42,980 bases of DNA, taken from assembly GCA_964567365.1 (NCBI GenBank), contig CAZMMO010000001.1:4511-47490 (forward strand), in the 5' to 3' direction. The position numbers were made by a program, and so were the translations under genes. The DNA is from an uncultured Rhodanobacteraceae bacterium. Lineage in GTDB: Bacteria > Pseudomonadota > Gammaproteobacteria > Xanthomonadales > Rhodanobacteraceae. Each line of letters opens with the position of its first letter. The first letter of the stretch is position 1. Below the pieces are notes generated by a model. That model was not told where the DNA came from. It was given only the letters and a program-made list of their open reading frames with translations, and did not search any database. Positions 37,785 to 42,980 of the stretch are shown here, piece after piece.

Positions 37785-39734
37785 TCATTCCAACGGCACG
37801 GTGATTCGGGTGATGCGGTCCGGCGTGCCCTCGATGCGTTCCAGGTGCGGGTAACGCAGGCCGCCGTGGTAGTCGATCTCCAGCGTTTCGTCGTGGCCGA
37901 AGTTTCTCGTGGACAGGCGCACGGGCGCGCGGGACTGGCGAGCGTTCCGAATCGCTTCGTGGAGGTTCTTGCGTGAAAACTTCTTCCCGTTTACGGCAGT
38001 GATCCGCATTCCGGGACTGAGCCCGGCCTTGAACGCCGGACCATTCCACAGCACGTCCACGACCTTTCCGTTCTTGGCCATGCTGGCTCCGATGGAATAC
38101 ATCTGGTTGGCGTATACCGCATCCCGCGATTCGGCATAGCCGAAGGCGTTCCTGGGCGCCTTGCGCGCCGCTTGCCACCGGGCCGACGGCTTGTTGGTAT
38201 ACACCAGCTTCCAGCCCCCCTGGGTCAAACCGTTCAAGTCGACGTGGTATTGCCTTGCGTCGAGGATATTGCGCAGGTAGGTTTTCCAATCGTAGGGCTG
38301 CACCTTGTCCAGGGCGGCGATGACATCATTGAAGGTGTAGGTGCTGGTGACGTGACTGCCGTTGTCCATGCCGAAGAACAGGCGTGCGAAGTCGTCCAGC
38401 GAATGCTTGCCATGGCTCAGCATCCTGATCCGGGTGTCCACGTCCAGCCACAGCAGGATGCCCTCGGCGTAGACGGCCGCTCCGCGTCGCCAGTTGGACC
38501 ATGCGTTTGGCTCGCGGTATTTGAGCCCGGTCGAGCTCGTCGCGTCCTGCAGGGATTCCCAGGTGCGTCCGGGAACATGATCGAGTCCCGCCGCGAACAT
38601 CGCCAGCGCCTGGCGGAATTCTCCGGATGTCATCAAGCCGCTGCGTGCGGCCATGACCTCCGACCAGTACTGGGTCAATCCTTCGTATACCCACAGCAGG
38701 TCGCCTTTCATGGGCGTCGTATTGAAATCGGGCGTCCACAGATCGGCGGGGCGCCGGAATTTTCCGTTCCATGAGTGCGTGTATTCGTGCGAAATCAGGT
38801 CCGCGCCGATCAGATAGGCATTCGGATCGCGAAAATAATCGGTCGACAGACTGTCATTGCTTGATTGGTGATGCTCGAGTCCCGTACGCCCCTTGTGGTT
38901 GGTGAGAGTCAGCAGTATGTGAAAACTGTCGTAGTGGTGCGACTGGAACATACGCGTTTCCTGCGTGACGAGGGCGCGGAAATTCTTGATTTGTTCCGGT
39001 GTGATATCGAGATCGTCCGCCGCGTCCGCAACCATGTCCAGATAGACGGGAGCGCTGTCGCCATGAGTCAGTTTGATCTGCTTGAAATGTCTCCCTGCAA
39101 TAATCGGGGAATCGACGAGATTGTTGAGTGTGACAGGGGCGAAATCCATCGCCGTTCCCGGACCGCTTCCGGTTCCATGGTGTGGTTGCAACGCGGTGGC
39201 GAAATGCCAGCCGTCAGGCAGCCGGACCGTGGGCTTGATCGTGATGGCGCTGGACGCATACCCTTTCGGATACAGGACCACCCGGTTCCATTCCAGGTTG
39301 AGCCATTCCGGAGTGGCGGCGATGGACCCCACGAGGCGGCGGCCGCGGACCGGTGGGAGGTAGTCGAATGTCACTTCCAGCTTCGATGCGCCGGCGGGCA
39401 CGTCGAGATGGAATGCGTACATGTCGACCCGGTCACGGTGCCAATCGAGGGTCTTCCCGTCAGCAACAAATTTCAACCCTGCAATCGCAAGAATCGTTCC
39501 GCTGGGCGAGTGGCTTCCGGGGATCCATTTCGGGTAATACAGAGTCAATGGGCCCGGTTTCACGGGTATGCTTTCGTGGACCGGGAAAACTCTTTGTTCA
39601 ACCCGCGTAAGGTCGATGCGCAGGTCGATGGTGCCTGGGTAGGATGGCGCGGTTGCCCTGGCCAGACCGGCATGACTCCATGCCAGGCAAACCAATACGA
39701 CGGCGAACGTGCATGCGAAGGATATTTTTTTCAA
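37785..39734 (-). CDS. Secreted M61 glycyl-aminopeptidase-family metallopeptidase with C-terminal PDZ domain
   Basis: Signal peptide, YPKWIPG, GLEH, HEYTHSWNGKFRRP zinc motif, LWVYEGLTQY, PDZ-like VLWNGPAFKAGLSPGMRITAVNG; TTG start. Confidence 0.9.
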   Translation of the reverse strand: MKKISFACTFAVVLVCLAWSHAGLARATAPSYPGTIDLRIDLTRVEQRVFPVHESIPVKPGPLTLYYPKWIPGSHSPSGTILAIAGLKFVADGKTLDWHRDRVDMYAFHLDVPAGASKLEVTFDYLPPVRGRRLVGSIAATPEWLNLEWNRVVLYPKGYASSAITIKPTVRLPDGWHFATALQPHHGTGSGPGTAMDFAPVTLNNLVDSPIIAGRHFKQIKLTHGDSAPVYLDMVADAADDLDITPEQIKNFRALVTQETRMFQSHHYDSFHILLTLTNHKGRTGLEHHQSSNDSLSTDYFRDPNAYLIGADLISHEYTHSWNGKFRRPADLWTPDFNTTPMKGDLLWVYEGLTQYWSEVMAARSGLMTSGEFRQALAMFAAGLDHVPGRTWESLQDATSSTGLKYREPNAWSNWRRGAAVYAEGILLWLDVDTRIRMLSHGKHSLDDFARLFFGMDNGSHVTSTYTFNDVIAALDKVQPYDWKTYLRNILDARQYHVDLNGLTQGGWKLVYTNKPSARWQAARKAPRNAFGYAESRDAVYANQMYSIGASMAKNGKVVDVLWNGPAFKAGLSPGMRITAVNGKKFSRKNLHEAIRNARQSRAPVRLSTRNFGHDETLEIDYHGGLRYPHLERIEGTPDRITRITVPLE

Positions 39735-39862
39735 GGCATCATCTCTTCGAGCGAGTCTTGAAGCAGGCGGGAGACCATGACCGGTCGTGCCTGTCGCGAA
39801 GGCAGATCGTTACGATCAGATTGAAGCGTCTGACGAATGTGGGCGAGATCCCGCATGTTTGG

Positions 39863-39898
39863 CAATAGCCAGAATAGGTTGCGGCGGCATACCAGATG
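39863..39898 (-). promoter_or_regulatory. MocR/TauR-type operator, copy 4 (upstream of M61 peptidase)
   Basis: CAATAGCCAGAAT-N13-ATACCAGATG. Confidence 0.8.
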
Positions 39899-40141
39899 GG
39901 GATGGCCCGGATCTCCGAGCATGCGAAAACATCCGGAACGTGTCTGGAAACGAGGACGTTCGCCTGGGATGCGGAGGGCCGGGGGCATCAGGAAATGCTT
40001 ATTCGACCGCGGCGGGAAGAGGAGGAACCGGCAACACGGTCACACGCAGGATGCCCACCGGCGATCATGCCGGCACTTCGAGCCTTGCGGCCCGGAAGAC
40101 CCTGTCCGGTGTTCCAAAGGATCTGATCTCGAATGGCGTGT

Positions 40142-41419
40142 CTACGGGGACATGCACCAGGTCTTGATGGCGGTTACCAGGTCCAGGCAATCGCGGTAGG
40201 TGTTGTACAGCGGTGCGGGAGCCAGGCGGATGATGTCCGGTTCGCGCCAGTCGCCGATGATGCCGTGGGTAATGAGGTGGTCGAACAGGGCCTTGCCGCG
40301 TTCGCGGCCGCCCAGGACGCGGACCGACAGTTGCGCGCCGCGGCGTTCGGGATCGCGCGGGGTGACGGTTTCCAGCGCGCCGGCCAGTTGCGTGTCGACC
40401 AGCCATTCCAGGTAGCCGGTCAGGTGGACCGATTTGTCGCGCAGACGTGCCATGCCGGCGCGGTGGAACTGCTCCAGCGAAATGCGCAGCGGTGCCAGCG
40501 CCAGGATGGGCGGGTTGGACAGCTGCCAACCGTCGGCGCCGGGCGTGGGCCGGAATTGCGATGGCATCTGGAACCGCGTGTCCTTGTCGTGACCCCACCA
40601 GCCGGCGAACCGGGGCAGGTTGGTGCGGGCATGGCGGGCGTGCACGAAGGCGCCGCCGACGGCGCCAGGTCCGGCGTTGAGGTATTTGTAGCTGCACCAC
40701 ACGGCGAAGTCGGCGCCGCTGTCGTGCAATTCCAGCGGCAGGTTGCCGACCGCATGGGCGAGGTCGAAGCCGACGGCGCAACCATGCCGGTGGGCCAGTG
40801 CCGATACGGCCCGGAGGTCGAAGGCCTGGCCGGTGCGATACTGCACGCCCGGCAGCAGCACCAGGGCGGTGCGCGGGCCGTGTGTCTCCAGGGCCCGCTC
40901 GATGGCGGCGGGTGACAGGCAACCGTCCGCTTCGTCGCCTTCCAGCTCGATCAATGCCTCGGTCGGGTCGAAGCCATGGAAGCGGATCTGCGATTCCAGG
41001 GCGTAGCGGTCGGTGGGAAACGCGCCGGCTTCCATCAGGAGGGCCGGACGTTCGGTGGTGGGGCGGTAGAAGCTGACCAGCATCAGGTGCAGGTTGACGC
41101 CCAGCGTGTTCATGGCCACCACTTCATCGGGCCGCGCCCCGACCACTTCGGCCAGGGGTTCGCGCACGTACTCGTGGTAGCTCATCCAGGGCAGGCGGCC
41201 CTTGAAATGCCCCTCGACGGCCAGGCGCGCCCAGTCGTCCAGCTCTGCCTGGATGGCCTCGCGCACGCCGCGCGGCTGCAGGCCCAGCGAGTTGCCGCAA
41301 AAGTAGCGGGCGTCGCCACCGTCGTGCGGCGGGATCAGGAATTCGTCGCGGAAGGCGCGCAGCGGGTCGGCGGCGTCGTGGTGGCGGGCCCAGTCGACGC
41401 TGGCTTGGTAGTCGGGCAT
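40142..41419 (-). CDS. kynU: Kynureninase
   Basis: YFCGNSLGLQP, AFPTDRY, FDLAHAVGN, WCSYKYLNAGPG, GWWGH, WQLSNPP, IRLAPAPLYN. Confidence 0.95.
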   Translation of the reverse strand: MPDYQASVDWARHHDAADPLRAFRDEFLIPPHDGGDARYFCGNSLGLQPRGVREAIQAELDDWARLAVEGHFKGRLPWMSYHEYVREPLAEVVGARPDEVVAMNTLGVNLHLMLVSFYRPTTERPALLMEAGAFPTDRYALESQIRFHGFDPTEALIELEGDEADGCLSPAAIERALETHGPRTALVLLPGVQYRTGQAFDLRAVSALAHRHGCAVGFDLAHAVGNLPLELHDSGADFAVWCSYKYLNAGPGAVGGAFVHARHARTNLPRFAGWWGHDKDTRFQMPSQFRPTPGADGWQLSNPPILALAPLRISLEQFHRAGMARLRDKSVHLTGYLEWLVDTQLAGALETVTPRDPERRGAQLSVRVLGGRERGKALFDHLITHGIIGDWREPDIIRLAPAPLYNTYRDCLDLVTAIKTWCMSP

Positions 41420-41457
41420 GGCGGGTGGATGATGTGGGGGCAGATGGGCCGCGCCTG

Positions 41458-42009
41458 TCACGAGGACGACGGACGGCCGCCCAGGCTCGCGGTGATGGAT
41501 GCACAGCCCTGGTCGAAGGCCGCCGTCCAGGCGGCTCCGGCCTGGCTGTGGGTGGGGCGCACGCAGCGTATCTGGATGGCGTAGCCGTCGCGGAAGTAGT
41601 AATGCTCCACGTAGGTCTGCTGCACCTTGCCCTCGAGGGCGGTGTAATGCAGCGTGGTCGTGCTTGAGCGTTGCTTGTCGAGCTGGAAGTGCGGCAGCGC
41701 GTGCGCGTGGTTGGTGTCCTCGGCAACCAGGGCTCCGAAACTGACGATGTCCTGCACGTGCTGGCTGGTCACCGACACGCGTGCCAGCGCGTTGCGGCGG
41801 GTGGGCGAGGGGTCGGGTACCTGGAACACGAGGGTCTCGGGGTCACCCTGGGTCTGCATGATGCGTGGCCAGCCGTCGGGCACCTGGAAGCGGAAGCCGC
41901 CGTTGGCCAGGGTGAATTGCGTGGCTCGTGCCGGCGTGGCGATCGCCATGGTCAGCATGCCGGCCAGGGCGAGCAGCGGAAGCGGGCGGTGGGTGTCGGC
42001 CTTGAGCAT
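41458..42009 (-). CDS. Hypothetical secreted protein
   Basis: Signal-peptide-like N-terminus (ARA-T), FQVPDGW, host-like codon usage; co-oriented with kynU. Confidence 0.7.
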   Translation of the reverse strand: MLKADTHRPLPLLALAGMLTMAIATPARATQFTLANGGFRFQVPDGWPRIMQTQGDPETLVFQVPDPSPTRRNALARVSVTSQHVQDIVSFGALVAEDTNHAHALPHFQLDKQRSSTTTLHYTALEGKVQQTYVEHYYFRDGYAIQIRCVRPTHSQAGAAWTAAFDQGCASITASLGGRPSSS

Positions 42010-42136
42010 GTTCTCGAGTGTAGAACATCGTCCGGTGGGCGTCGTGTCGCCGGTCACGACATGAGCGGTGCGCGAAACCCCAGGCCGAACGCCACAACCC
42101 CCAATCGCACTGCGCCACAACCTCCAATCGCGCTGT

Positions 42137-42212
42137 GTAGGAGCGCACCTGGGCGCGACGGCCTCGAGGCCCGTTTGGGTGCTGAGGCCGTCGCGCCCAG
42201 GTGCGCTCCTAC
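42137..42212. repeat. REPIN copy 4
   Basis: Arms GTAGGAGCGCACCTGGGCGCGAC / GTCGCGCCCAGGTGCGCTCCTAC with a matched change in both arms. Confidence 0.9.
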
Positions 42213-42292
42213 GCAGTGGAGCAGCGTCCGTTCGCGGTGGGGTATCGAATCATGGGCGGCGTGCGAAGTTTGAAGCAGGCGACCTCCCACAC

Positions 42293-42793
42293 TCAAGGCG
42301 CCGGCTTCAGCTCGGCGTCCTGGAAGTAGCGTACGCGCAGGTCCAGCCCACGTGCGCTGCGCCCGATGTAGGAGAAGCCTACCCGGCCCCAATAGGCCCG
42401 CCGCAGGCTGCCGGCCAGCGAGGTGTTTTCCAGTTCCAGCAGTACGCCGATGCAGGGAAAGCCGCGTGGCGTGGCCCACTGCTCGAGTGTGTCGAATCCG
42501 TGTCGTAGCATCGTGATGGCCACACCTATGCCGCGCCACTGGGCGCCGACGAAACACCGGTAGTAATACATCGGCTGCAGCAGCCGCGGGATCGTGCATG
42601 GCACGGCAGTGCTGACGGCGATCAGTTGCCCGTCCTGATTGGTCGCACGAGTCAATACTTGTCCGGCGCGTTTGCGCGCGGCTTCCCCTTCGAGGCCGGC
42701 ATGCTCGCGTTGCCAGAACGCGCATACCTGGTCGATCCCATCCGCGTCGAGGCATTGCCAGGATGTTTCCAGGACGAAGGGAGGCTGGGACAT
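42293..42793 (-). CDS. Hypothetical protein, possibly GNAT-like fold
   Basis: 166-aa ORF with GGAG RBS; FVGAQWRGIGVA resembles the acetyl-CoA-binding V..xRgxG motif (weak). Confidence 0.65.
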   Translation of the reverse strand: MSQPPFVLETSWQCLDADGIDQVCAFWQREHAGLEGEAARKRAGQVLTRATNQDGQLIAVSTAVPCTIPRLLQPMYYYRCFVGAQWRGIGVAITMLRHGFDTLEQWATPRGFPCIGVLLELENTSLAGSLRRAYWGRVGFSYIGRSARGLDLRVRYFQDAELKPAP

Positions 42794-42884
42794 GGAAAAC
42801 TCCGGATTGTGATGGCAGGGCGAACTTCGCTACCGCCTGATCGTACCGTACGTGGGATGGGCATGCCCGCCGCAGGGAACCCAG

Positions 42885-42913
42885 GAGCAGGGCGGGCAGT
42901 GCCCGCCCTGCTC
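42885..42913 (-). terminator. Perfect hairpin at the end of the autotransporter-like gene
   Basis: GAGCAGGGCGGGC-AGT-GCCCGCCCTGCTC; no clear U-tract. Confidence 0.5.
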
Positions 42914-42980
42914 AGAAGGCGATCTTCAGGGTCATCCGTGCTCCCTGGTCGCGCAGATCGCCGGCAAACTGGCCGCTGTA
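42912..42980 (-). CDS. 3' end of a probable autotransporter / outer-membrane beta-barrel
   Basis: Translates YSGQFAGDLRDQGARMTLKIAF*, alternating last strand ending in F; only 22 residues visible. Confidence 0.6.
   Translation of the reverse strand, partial: YSGQFAGDLRDQGARMTLKIAF

Noticed and set aside
5281-40141. Prophage, ICE, IS or defence system
   Set aside because: No integrase, transposase, phage, conjugation, tRNA or defence genes recognisable in the window.

Overview
High-GC gammaproteobacterial DNA; gene order and GTAG-type REPINs suggest Xanthomonadales/Rhodanobacteraceae (inference). Housekeeping flanks are GNAT-argC-argH-proB-proA on the left and kynU, two hypothetical genes and an autotransporter end on the right. 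Between them lies a ~35 kb catabolic block with no integrase or transposase, made of two modules, each tied together by its own repeated operator read directly from the sequence. Module 1 (5.3-24.8 kb) has dgcN-dgcA (D-glutamate acetylation/racemisation), two gamma-glutamyltransferases, two paralogous APC permeases and three TonB-dependent receptors. One GGT is a predicted lipoprotein with an altered lid and oxyanion hole. Five copies of a 40-bp LysR-type box precede these genes, suggesting a poly-gamma-glutamate / D-Glu-peptide utilisation locus. Module 2 (25-40 kb) has xsc, a tauY-like dehydrogenase, an IseJ-like GMC oxidoreductase, an APC permease, pta plus a pta fragment and a TauR-like MocR regulator. 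Four copies of a 36-bp direct-repeat operator also place a secreted serine hydrolase and a secreted M61 aminopeptidase in this regulon, suggesting release of taurine/isethionate from conjugates. Functional calls come from motif recognition only; no database searches were run.
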